64,000 nt of DNA from Octopus vulgaris (lineage: Eukaryota). The DNA lies in assembly GCA_951406725.2 (NCBI GenBank), contig OX597814.1:118854001-118918000 (forward strand). The letters are read 5' to 3'. The notes beneath the pieces were generated by a model. The model worked only from the letters and a program-made list of their open reading frames with translations. It did not search any database and was not told the origin of the DNA. The translations under genes were made by a program, and so were the position numbers. This document shows, in pieces, positions 1 to 13,140 of this stretch (its first letter is position 1; the number at the start of each line of letters is the position of its first letter).

Positions 1-1054
1 AAATTTGGTTAAAAAGGACAGATTTAAAACTGCTGTTGCTGTTTCTCGGAAAATCAGCATTGTATTAAAGTAAACTTTATCTCGAAAAACTGTGTCTCGT
101 CGTTTAGTTGAACATGATCTACAACCAGAGCACCTGCAGTGAAGCCACTGATCAGCTCCAAGAATAAAAAGTGTCGTCTTACCTTTGCAACCAAACATGT
201 GTTGTGGTTTCAAGAAAAATGGCAAACGGTGCATTTCAGTGATGAATCTAAGTTTATGTTATTTGGCTCAGATGGGAAAAGATACGTTCGTAGAAAAGTA
301 GGTGAAAAATTGTCGACTAAATGCCTTAAAACTAGTGTTAAATTCGGTGGAGGAAGTATCATGGTTTGGGGGATGATATCTGGAGATGGTGTGGGCCCTT
401 TGGTGCGATTACATGGAAAGGTAAATGCAGGAGTTTATAAATAACTTGTAAAAGATCATGTCTTGCCTGCGCTGAGAAATTCAACTAAGCGACCACCCAT
501 ATTCATGCAGGACAATGCCCCATGTCACAAGGCTAAGGGGGTCATGAACTTCCTTAAGGCTGAAAAGGTTATTGTTATGGATTGGCCTGCTCAAAGCCCA
601 GATCTCAATCCTATTGAAAATGTATGGAATATTCTAGGAGAACGTTCGAAAGCCAGAAACCCTAAAACAACCGAGCAATTATGGAATGCCCTTCAGGAAG
701 TATGGAATAAGATCACCCAGCAAGAAATTGAAAATTTAATTTCCTCATGCAGTCAAAGATGTCAGAGTGTGATTGAAGCTAAATGGCTTCACACTAAATA
801 TTAAATAATTCCAGTATTCTCTGTCATTTTTGATTATTTTGTTATGTTTTCAACCGTTCTGATCTTTTGGCCGCCATGGGTTTGCAGTAAATCATTAAAT
901 CATCCATAACTTTTGCATTATCCTCTCAAATTACACCAAAATCGCAGACAATAACAATTAATATTGTATTTATTGTCTGTGAAAACTGCTTTGATAAAAA
1001 CTTATACTTATTTTTTTGACGAAAACAATGCCTTTCTGTACATTTTGGCCGCAA

Positions 1055-1057
<3 letters not shown>
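1..1057 (+). mobile_element. Tc1-family (DD34E) DNA transposon, 3' part with right TIR; transposase broken by a stop codon
   Basis: ORFs 139-444 and 463-804 are in frame across TAA 442-444. Motifs HFSDESKF, FMQDNAPCH, WPAQSPDLNPIE. Element ends ...GGCCGCAACTG|TA at 1057 followed by (TA)n. Confidence 0.93.

Positions 1058-1131
<74 letters not shown>
1058..1131. repeat. (TA)n microsatellite
   Basis: Perfect TA run abutting the Tc1 TIR. Confidence 0.98.
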
Positions 1132-1135
<4 letters not shown>

Positions 1136-2484
1136 TAAATAAGGGCAAAAGAAAAATCTCTTGCTGAAAATTAGACTTTAGAGCGTCTAACCACGTACAA
1201 TATTTTTCACTCTCAATGCACAGTGAGGAAAGCATGATAACAAAAGTTTTAAAAAAGTATAAATATTTACTTATGTGTGTATGTGTGCACATATATAATT
1301 ATGTGTGTGTATCAGTACACATCTTAATTTGTTTTCTGATTCATGACTTGATATTAATACCCTGTCTCTTTAAATGTAAGTTTTATCATCATTTTCTATA
1401 AATGCTTATCATTTACTATTATTACTTTGATATCCTTACCTATTGAACTCGTATACTTTACAATTGTTGCTCTTCTTAAACAGGAATTCTTCAGCTACTA
1501 TGTCTATGCAAGATGCTTATAATATATCCATATGAACGTATAAATATTTGCATATGTGTATATGTGCATATATGCATAACCTATTAACCTGTTAGACCTT
1601 ATAAATTGTTATCTTTCTTGTTCTTAAATAGATACTTTTTATTTACTTCAGTCTATGCGAGATGGTTATACTATATCCATATAAACGTATAAATATTTGT
1701 GTATGTGTGCATGTGTGCACATAGATAAATATGTGTGTGTATCTATACATATATTTATTTTTTCCTAATTCTTGGGTTATTATTAATGTATAGATAGCAT
1801 GTTTATCTTTGCAGTTATTCCATAAGTAAATGCCCTGAGTAATAAGTAATTAATTAAGTAAATGAATGAATATTTAATTTATTCCTTGTAATCTTCCTTT
1901 TTTAAGGTTTATAATTGATATGTACACGCATTTATCTATTTTGGCTACGATATATTTTTTTAAAGACTTAAATTTTATTTTTATGCAACATAACAATATT
2001 GTTTATAAACAATCATCCATATTGCACCTACATATAATTTCCTCTGTATTAACACCCTAGCTTTCTTAGCGCTTTATCCCGTTAACTGGTAAATAACATC
2101 ATGATTGTAAGTCTTCCCCTATCAAGCCTCTTTTTATAGACAGTTGATTTATATCCAACTGACTTCTAATATATTCTTTCCTCCCTGACGAAAAGGGACA
2201 ACATTTATGATCACTCCTAGCCATGAGCTGTCAACTCACTCTTGCCCTTTATTCAAAACAGACACAGTCTTCTAGTCTTAGATCTACAAGTTGATAAATG
2301 AATTAGAAATGAATTACAATCCTTTACACAGCATGACCCTAATGAGCTTCATGCAATTCTTGGATGTGTAATATATTCTTAGTTACAATAGTGACATCAA
2401 ATTCTTACATCTTCTTGTTCTGTTAAGGTATTTGAGAAAAAAATGTATTAATGCGTGCGACTGGTTAAAATTCTTTTTATTTGT

Positions 2485-2578
2485 GCAGCTGAAGATGGCA
2501 CTGGTTTTTAAATTGATATAATGATTGCATTGTTCAATTAAATGGAGCCGCTTGAAACGGCGGATAATACCGGACTGA
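2485..2578 (+). ncRNA. Degenerate hammerhead-like motif in a PLE pseudo-LTR relic
   Basis: CAG-CTGAAGA-TGGC..GCCG-ctt-GAAAC-GG..CCG-GA-CTG. U16.1 appears mutated. Homologous to the minus-strand copy at 32623-32705. Confidence 0.5.
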
Positions 2579-2657
2579 CTTGGTGCTTCAACTTCAGTAC
2601 CTACTTTAACTGAATCTCAATTATTTCTTATATGTACATATATATATATATATATAT

Positions 2658-3137
2658 ATAACAATAATTAAGGGTTTAGCAACGTGTTGCTTAACCACAT
2701 ACCGAAAAATTTAGAAATAGCAGGCAAAAGACCGTTATTTCTTTTCCCTACAAAATATGACTTCATTAGTGGCAAATATGAATTTCACTCGTCTATAGAA
2801 ATTCGGATATGCTAACTACCTTGTGTGATGTTCTGGTGTCGCTTGGTCAGAAATGCAAAGGGTAAGTTTTCTGGCATTTTTTTAAGTTATAACTATTGGA
2901 ATATTATGTTGATAAGGAAATGAGTTTTATAACTCTAATCCAGAAACGCGTCCATAATTAACCGAAGACTGTTTGATTTCAATGTTTTCCTTCTTTTTTG
3001 CCTGTGTGAGTTACAGGGAGGATTGTCTGCGGAGTCATATTTGGTAGCGAAAAGAAATAACGGTCTTTTAGCTGCTATTCCTAAATTTTTCGGTATGTGG
3101 TTAAGCAACTCGTTGCTAAACCCTTAATTATTGTTAT
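2658..3137 (+). mobile_element. Inverted-repeat mini-element (PLE-derived) carrying a hammerhead
   Basis: ~105 bp inverted arms 2658-2764 / 3031-3137. Left end abuts (TA)n. Hammerhead motif inside. Confidence 0.8.
2903..2958 (+). ncRNA. Type I hammerhead ribozyme, U3-A8 core variant
   Basis: Stem I ATTATG/CATAAT; core TTGATAA; stem II GGA..GAGTT-ttat-AACTC..TCC; extra A; GAAA; palindromic stem III ACGCGT; GUC cleavage triplet. Confidence 0.8.
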
Positions 3138-3408
3138 AATTATGTATAAAACTTCTTGTATAAGCTTTTACCGAATATGGTTCCTTTCCATACCGAAACT
3201 ACCAAAATTTATTAATTATGAATTAATAATTTTTTACCCTATATCTATAATAAATATATTTGTCTGTCACTTCGAAGTCGTCGTTAAGGAATTGCGTGAA
3301 GAAAACTTAGCCAAACCAAAATCACAGATCCTTGATAGGGAAAAATCCTCTGTCACCTACCAGATTATTCGAATATGTACGTAGGATATGTTGTGTGGCG
3401 TTTCGTTG

Positions 3409-3800
3409 GCGCAAACATAGCTGTATTACTAAGAAGATCGCTTCCTAAACATGTTTTTGGGAAACTTGTGTTCAGTTTCATTGCACGGCATCTTCGACAG
3501 ATATCTTGCACTATAGCCCCGGGCCGACCAATGACTTGTGAGTAGATTTATTAGACGGAAACTGGAAGAATCCTGTCATATGTTGATATGCATTTGCGCG
3601 TGCGCGTCTGTATTCGTTTCTCTGTGTTTGTGATGTGATTTCACCCACTAAACCTGAAAATACTAGTATCAGTTTGTTTACGTCCCGATATCGAATTTGT
3701 TTCGCAAAAGAGTGCGCCGGACTATATACCAGACGGAAAAGAAATTGGCACTGCGGGCGAGTGGTTTCACTAAATCCGTCAAAGCTGTACTACAGTAAAA
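3409..3800 (+). mobile_element. Old, diverged copy of the microsatellite-containing tRNA SINE
   Basis: Degenerate match to 3868-4362 (…ctatagccccgggccgacc…gacggaaactg…). Confidence 0.7.
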
Positions 3801-3867
3801 AATAAAGTAGTGAAAGATTCAAAACATCCATATAGATAAGGATTTTAGAATGTCCTTATTTTGAACA

Positions 3868-4362
<495 letters not shown>

Positions 4363-4997
4363 AAATCATAAAAAATATGAAAGTCTACTTAAATGACAAT
4401 ACATGGCTAGAGACGTTAATTTGAAGGACGCCATGTCTATATTATAACGTGTCTTACACATCGCTATGCTGTTGGCTACCGACTTAGTCGAGAGGAATTA
4501 GATCCTTCAGCAGAAGGCGACTACAATGATTAATTACATTGATATTGTCGATCACAACCTGTTTTTTGTTTTATTTCCTGACATTCTAATTCTATATTTC
4601 CCCCGCACACACTCACATACACACTCTCTCTCTCTCGCTCTTACTCTATTTATCTCTCAACAGCAGCAACAATCTGTCATCATAGTGAAAATCATTTTTA
4701 AAAGGCTGCCTTGCATCATCTATTTGTTGAAAGACCTCACATACACACACACACGCACACATACAAACAATGAAAATTATGACTTAATGTATTACATTTG
4801 CATACAGTTATTTTTGTAATATCTTTGTTGCGTTGTGCTGACAGACTTGCGCTTAAATTTATCGTGTTGTTCATCAAAAGATGTTAGTTGCTATGGTGTC
4901 AACGCTATCTTTCTATCCATCTATGTGCCTTTCACTCACTCTCACTCTATCTATCTTTCTATCCATCTTCCACTGTATATCTCTCTCTATCTCTCTA

Positions 4998-5056
<59 letters not shown>

Positions 5057-5372
5057 CTCTCTCTCTCTCAACAACATCTTTTTATTCTCACTGTCTACCA
5101 ACATTTTGTGGCATGGGTTCTTTCTCCTTCTGATTCCATCCCCCTCTTTCTTCCCTTCTTTTAATAGATGTTGTGACGGACAGACAGACGGAGTTCAGTT
5201 TTTCTTTTATACTATCAGATAGTAGTTTCTTTCCAGAATGATAAAGAATTATATACTATTTCCTGGAAATGTTCTCCGTTCGACAAAGATTTTAATATTT
5301 TGCGATGTCTATTTTTATTGCCCTGTACACACGCACGTACACATGCATACATGGGGATATAATTATAGTATG

Positions 5373-6778
5373 GACATAAATTCAAATCAGCATGGCTTTC
5401 GCTGTGGCAGGGACTGTCTAACACAGCTCTTACACCACATTGAAGATGTACTCAAAGCCTTGGGAACAGGTTCGAACTCTGACGTCATATACCTTGACTT
5501 CAGTAAAGCGTTCGACAGGGTAGACCATAACATCCTACTCTCAAAATTGGCAAATGTTGGAATCCGTGGAAAACTTCTACACTGGATTCAGTATTTCCTA
5601 GCGAATAGAACACAACATGTTGTAGTTGATGGAGTCCACTCAAACCCAGCAAAAGTCACCAGCGGTGTTCCCCAGGGAACTGTTTTGGGTCCGCTACTCT
5701 TCATAATTTATGTAAACGACCTTTCCAGTGTCGTACATCACTGCAAAGTGAAAATATTCGCTGATGACACTAAGCTCCAGCAAATCGTCAATGAAGAAGC
5801 AGACCGAACTCAACTCCAGTCTGACCTATATGCTGTGAGTCAATGGGCAGACAGAAACAAAATGCAACTGAATGAGGGAAAATTTGAGCTGATGCATTTT
5901 GGAAGAAATTCCTCACTAAAACAACCATACTCTCTTCCTTCAGGGGAACCGCTCACAGCCTCTAACAATATCAGAGACCTGGGTGTAATTGTTGATGACG
6001 ATCTCAGTTGGAGTGCACACATCAACAAGAAGGTCGATACAGCTCGTAGGATGAGTTCCTGGATCTTAAGAACTTTCCGGTCCAGAGAACAAGGTGTCAT
6101 CATACCACTTTTTTCATCCTTTGTACGGCCACACCTTGAATACTGCTGCCCACTGTGGTCTCCTCACACAAGACAAAACATCTCCAGAATTGAGTCACCC
6201 CAGAGGGCTCTCACTAAACAAATTGAAGGCATGGCTGCTCTCGACTATTGGGATCGCCTTAAAGCCTTGAAACTTTACTCCCTCCAGCGTCGCCGTGAGT
6301 GGTACATCATTTGTACGATGTGGAAAATATACCGCCAACTTTGCCCAAACGACCTAAACATTAGCTTCAAGGTTCATCCGAGACTTGGACCACGGGCTAT
6401 ACGTCCCCTGCCAAATTCAAGATCACAACATACATGTACACTGCAACATAATGTCTTTTCCTCAACAGGCCCTGCCCTATTTAACATTGTCCCGAGGGAG
6501 ATCAAAGAGGAAAAGGATCCCATCAACTTCAAACAGAGCCTGGATAGATTCCTTCAAAGAATACCAGATAAGCCACCCACAATTGGATACAACTCACCCA
6601 ACAAGAACTCACTACTTGAACAAAACTGGATACAACTCACCCAACAAGAACTCACTACTTGAACAAAACTTGACTTAAACAGGATTCGAATAATCCTATC
6701 AGGTGGTGCTATGAAGTTAGACATGGCCTGGACCAATCTCTGGTCGAAACATATCTAAGTTTTATCTCTAAGTTTTAT
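5373..6778 (+). mobile_element. 5'-truncated CR1/L2-group LINE (RT domain and C-terminus)
   Basis: QHGFR, YLDFSKAFD, GVPQGTVLGP, FADDTK, VRPHLEY motifs in ORF 5238-6662. 3' tail TCTAAGTTTTAT repeated. The ORF's first ~45 aa are flanking DNA. Confidence 0.92.
6584..6669 (+). repeat. Perfect 43 bp tandem duplication at the LINE C-terminus
   Basis: TGGATACAACTCACCCAACAAGAACTCACTACTTGAACAAAAC occurs twice (6584-6626, 6627-6669). Confidence 0.95.
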
Positions 6779-7089
6779 GTACATACGTAGCTTAGATAGA
6801 TAGATAAACAGACGGGCATAGATAGATCGATAGATAAATGCATACGTATATGCATACATACACACACATACATACATATATACATACATGCATGCATATA
6901 TACATCTATACATACAAACATTTTCTGATATCAAACTCTCTACCCATCAATGGCCTTCCGTACGTCATTCATTCTTTTATACTTTCATGAGATTCTGTCC
7001 AAGGTTGTGGCCACGCCGAGGGATCGTCAGTGTAATCACCTTTCCATGGGCTATTTTTATGCGATTGGCTTTTTGGTAATATCTTTGAG

Positions 7090-7470
7090 AGCAGGAGGTC
7101 ACGTTCTTTCTTCAAAATATAAACACCTTCACCATGCAGACACATCAGATGTTTTAGTAAATTACTAACTAGCTCTGGACCCTTGAATCACAAATAATTT
7201 CAGTAAATGATCCTTCATCTAGACTTTTGGAACAGTGCAATGACATCAAGTAATTCGGGTGGTGGTTTAATTTACGATGTCAAAGTTTTGTGCCAAAGCC
7301 TCTAGATTTTTTGCATATGCATATCTCTCCCCTCTTTGCTACTTTAAGTTAAGTCGCAGCTCTTTCAGTCTCTCCCTGTAGCTCAAAATTTCCATTGATG
7401 CAACCTGCAATCCTCTTGGTGTAGCACTGCTGAACTGCAAGTTCCGCTTTTAATTTGACATACTGTGATG
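7090..7470 (-). mobile_element. Decayed CR1-group LINE 3' fragment
   Basis: Minus strand reads VQQCYTKRI…MEILSYRERLKELRL, resembling the C-terminus of 5373-6778. Confidence 0.6.
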
Positions 7471-7734
7471 ATTACACTTGAGAGCAGTCTATCTATATCT
7501 ATATAAACACACACATATTTTTATGACTATACATGCATAAACATGTATTAATGCAATCATTTATGTAAGCATACATATTTTAAACATGCATTTCAGATTA
7601 CTTTCACGAAAATTACTTCGTTCTGTACATTATTTAATCACGCTGCTAACAGATTGACGGAGTGACGACCTACAAATTTATCTACAAATTACAGCTAAAA
7701 TCTAGCTTTGCATTGAATTAAATAGTAATTTGTG

Positions 7735-7785
<51 letters not shown>

Positions 7786-7932
7786 TTATTTATTTCATAC
7801 TCCAAAGAAAGAAGTATACTTTTCATATGATCAACGATAAACAAACCGCGAAAACTACTTAGGCAATCTTCGCTATTTTTTGTATAATATAAAGTATATA
7901 CATACACACACGCACGCACACACGCACACACA

Positions 7933-9253
<1,321 letters not shown>

Positions 9254-9345
<92 letters not shown>
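9254..9345. repeat. (AAT)n microsatellite
   Basis: Perfect trinucleotide run. Confidence 0.97.
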
Positions 9346-9439
9346 TTAGGGAGTATAACTCCAACTTACAGGGAAAAATTCAATGTAGTTTGAATTGCAT
9401 AATAGTGGTATTACTTCTAGTTTATATGTATCTCCAATT

Positions 9440-9515
<76 letters not shown>

Positions 9516-9992
9516 TAAAATACAAGGGCAAGTTGTTGGTAATTTTACAACAGAAAGACAGAAACATATACCTTACTAAAGTGACTAAGGGCACCAGTAT
9601 TACTAAAGGTTGATAGTTCGAACAACTCATAGCCACAAGAATCACTTATCTTATTGACTGATAAGGGAAGCAATTTCCCTCAGCGCATAGGAATAGCCAG
9701 GTCGCATTGAATTCGCATTTATATTAATGCTCGCTAATGACGAGAGCCGTGGTTGAGACTCAACACGCCTTGTCAGTTTATAAGATTAATCGTAGAAATC
9801 ATACGCCGATTTCTAAAACGATAAAAGTGAAAATTATAAGTATTAAGGGTAGCTTGTTGCTGAAGTTTTGAACTCACTGTCAACCTCCCCTTGTCCAAGT
9901 TTAATTACCATGCACTTTACTAAAACTATTGACTAATCTTTCAGTTTAATGTTAAATTTACTTTTTCCTGTTACATGACGAAAAAACAGACA

Positions 9993-10058
<66 letters not shown>

Positions 10059-10149
10059 AGGAAAAATTTTTTTAAAAATGCAGAATGCTCAAATGAAAGA
10101 AAATTTTAATAAAATGAGAAAATGATAAAATATATAAATATATAATATT

Positions 10150-10190
10150 TATTCAACCGGTTTTCGTCAATGTATGACTTGTCAAGAATA
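10150..10190 (-). ncRNA. Minimal hammerhead (U3-A8 variant) in the 3' pseudo-LTR
   Basis: Reverse complement: TATTC-TTGACAA-GTCA tacat TGAC-GAAA-ACCGGT-T-GAATA. Confidence 0.7.
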
Positions 10191-10825
10191 TTTATGTTTT
10201 AAGAAGTTTTTTTAAAAATTAGAAAGGGGAAAAAAAGAAAATTGCAATGTTTTTTGTAAAAGAATAATGATAAAAATGTACAAAAATTAAAAAATAAGTT
10301 CTCCGATACATTGTGAGTTCGTTGTGTATCTTGAGTTTTATGGTTGTTTACCAAAAAATTACCTTGAGGTGTTAAGATCCAAAGGGATTAAGAGCATGTG
10401 ATGTGTTGTGTTGTTAAATTCAGCATGTTGCAGGACAGGAAGTAGTAGTAATTGTGGTCCTGGTTCTTCAGTTCCTGTGTTGTGAGTAAGGGGAGACAAC
10501 TCTTTTGAGTTCTTCAATAAAACCCAAATTATAAAACTATCATTTTAGCTTCATTTGCATTATCTTTTTTATATAATTGCTTGTTAACTTAACTTTCAGA
10601 TTTTAACACTTTATTTATATTATTTTCTAATAATATAAAACTGCATAGACAATTGCATTTCAAATTGTCATATCATTTATAATAAAAATGATAGTAGTAA
10701 CAACAACAATAGTGAAAATGATATTTAAAGAATATAAGTTTTAGCTTGAAGTGGTGAATGCATGGTATCTTTATATATTTGTGTTAGTCCATCCATGAAG
10801 AGTGAGGTAGAGAAAGGAAGTTTGA

Positions 10826-11230
10826 TCAACGAGGAGTTTGCATATTAAGTTGTGTTTGGAATTTTTCAATAAATAGATTCTCCTTGTTAATTCTCTCCTG
10901 TGTGGTGATCCCGTCTTTACATTGGTAGAAGGGGAATATATAGAATTTGGGGTTTAAGTCTTTAGCACATGAGTCTAAGTGGTCACTCAGTGGAATTTGT
11001 CGGTATTCCGGGAGATTTATTTGTTCTTTATGCACCGTTACTCGTTTACGTAACGGGAGACTCGTTTGTCCCACATAATTATGTTGGCAACCAGCGCATG
11101 TGAGAACGTAGATAAGGTTCTCGGAGGAACAGGAGAAGTTAGTCTTGATTTTAAACTTCGTACCTTGTTTGAAGGTAAATTCAGAGGCTTCAAGTAGAAA
11201 GGGGCAGGTACCACAGTTTGAGCGTGCACA
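10826..11230 (-). CDS. PLE Cys-rich linker and GIY-YIG endonuclease (continues the RT ORF across a 1 nt homopolymer shift)
   Basis: CARSNCGTC…CSSENLIYVLTCAGCQHNYVGQT…RVTVH…LSDH…RINKENLFI…QLN. Frame shift at the T8 run 11231-11238. Confidence 0.88.
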   Translation of the reverse strand, partial: CARSNCGTCPFLLEASEFTFKQGTKFKIKTNFSCSSENLIYVLTCAGCQHNYVGQTSLPLRKRVTVHKEQINLPEYRQIPLSDHLDSCAKDLNPKFYIFPFYQCKDGITTQERINKENLFIEKFQTQLNMQTPR

Positions 11231-13140
11231 TTTTTTTTACTGTTGGGGGTGGATGTGGTGTGTGAAGTTTGGCATTTGTCAAGAGTTTTTTTAAAGATTT
11301 GTGTTGCCTTTTGCATTTGAGGATTTTGTGTGTATTTATAATGTTTTTCATTTTTGGGTCTGTTGACAGTAGACTGAGGTTTTGTATGATTGTGGTGTAT
11401 GCTTCGATATTTTTGGGGTTGTGGGTGGAAATGTATGGAAGTATTTTGAGGTTGTGTGTGGTGTTAGGTTGGGTGGTTATCAGTGTAGTGTTGTCTAGTT
11501 CTTTGGCGCGTTTTATTCCATACTCTATAAGGGTGGAGGGATATTGACGTTGTAATAGTGTTTTTTTGAGGTCTTGAAGGTGTATTTCTCGTGTTTTTGG
11601 ATCCGAGACAATGGTGCATACCCTTTTAGCTAAATTGAAAGGGATATTTGTCTTGGTGTGTTTTGGGTGGCATGAACTAAAGAGGAGGTATTGTTGTGAG
11701 TCTGTAGGTTTGTGGTAGATGTCTGTTATGATTTGGTTCTTAGGTGTTTTTATAATTAGGAGATCAAGGAATGGGAGATGATGTTTGCTTAATTCCATAG
11801 TGAATTGGATGTTGGGATGTATGTTGTTTAGTATGGTTTTGAATTCCAGGAGTTTTTCATAAGGTTCTTTCCATATGATGAAACAATCATCTAAATACCT
11901 TTTCCAGTTTTCCATTAGGTAGGTGTGGAAAACATGTCCAAATTTCTGGCTTGATATTTCATAGAGTGACAGTTCGAAGTAACACATTATGAGCTTCGCA
12001 AGGACTGGTGCAGCCTTGGTACCCATCGCAATGCCACATTTTTGACGGTAGTGTGTGTCGTCGAAGAGAAAAAAATTGTTTGTCAGAATGAACTTAAGAG
12101 ATTCTGTAATAAAAGACTTGTTAATGCGGTCAGGGAATGTCTCTGGGTGTTTTTCTAGCCAGAAGTCAATTGCCTCTATACCATACTCATGTGGAATGTT
12201 GGTGTAGAGGTTGATGACATCAAAGGATACCAGGAGTGCCTCCTCGTTAACTGTTTTCGGGAGGTGTTTGAGCATGTCCAGATCATCCCTAATGAAACTT
12301 TTGATGTGGGTAAGGAAAGGTTTCAAAAGGATGTCTAGGAAGTTACTCAGGCGGTGTGTTTCACAGGAGGTACCAGCCACGATGGGCCTTAGTTTTAGGT
12401 CCTCCGGTGCTTTGATGTTGATGTGGATGTCAGTGGAGAGTTTGCTGGCTTCGGTGATGTATTTGTTTTTATGGATTTTAGGAAGGCCATAAAAAAGGCT
12501 GGGCTTGCATTTGAAAATGGTGATATAATCCCTTTCTTTTTCTGTGAGTCCCTGACCGTGTTGGCGTATGAGTGTGGTGAGGTTTCTGATTGTTTTTTGC
12601 TGTTTGTAGTTGTTAATAACCTCATAGAAAATGTTATTGTTAAGCATGGAGAACACTAGGTGTTTATAAAATTCCGTGTCCATAAGGACCACAGCACTCC
12701 CTTTGTCCGCTTCTTTGATGGTGAGGTTTTTATCCAGTTGTATGTCACGTAGGTTTTCCCATTCTTCCTTACTGAAATTGGATTTTACCTTGGTTTTGCT
12801 TGGGGTAAAGGGGAGACTCTGGATGTGTTTACAGAAATCGTCCAGTGTTTTATTTCTCCTTTTGGTGGTAGGAAGTTGCTTTTATTTCTGATCAATGAGT
12901 CGTCCCCATTGTTGATATCTGTCAAAGCTTCTGTTAGGCGAAGTTTTCTGCAGAATTCAGAAACGTCATCCTTGACCTCCGGGGGTTGGGTGTTCTTGGG
13001 GTGGGTGTGAATTTCAAACCTCTTGCTAGGATGTTGATTTGGGTTGGTGTCAGTGTTTTGCTGGAGAGGTTTATAATTTTTGTTTTCTTATTTTGTGTCT
13101 GTGTTAGCGGTGGTGTTTGTATTTTTCCCCTCTGTCTAAA
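11231..13140 (-). CDS. PLE reverse transcriptase (two further homopolymer frameshifts near 12983 and 12860)
   Basis: IINLS…ILARGLKFTP, EADKGSAVV, FYGLPKIHK, LRPIV, SFDVINLYTNIP, GIAMGT, RYLDDCF, LPFLD. Confidence 0.93.

Noticed and set aside
9650-9780. Hammerhead-like CTGATAA/CTAATGA hairpins
   Set aside because: No correctly placed GAAA or stem I, although the region may be an old PLE relic.
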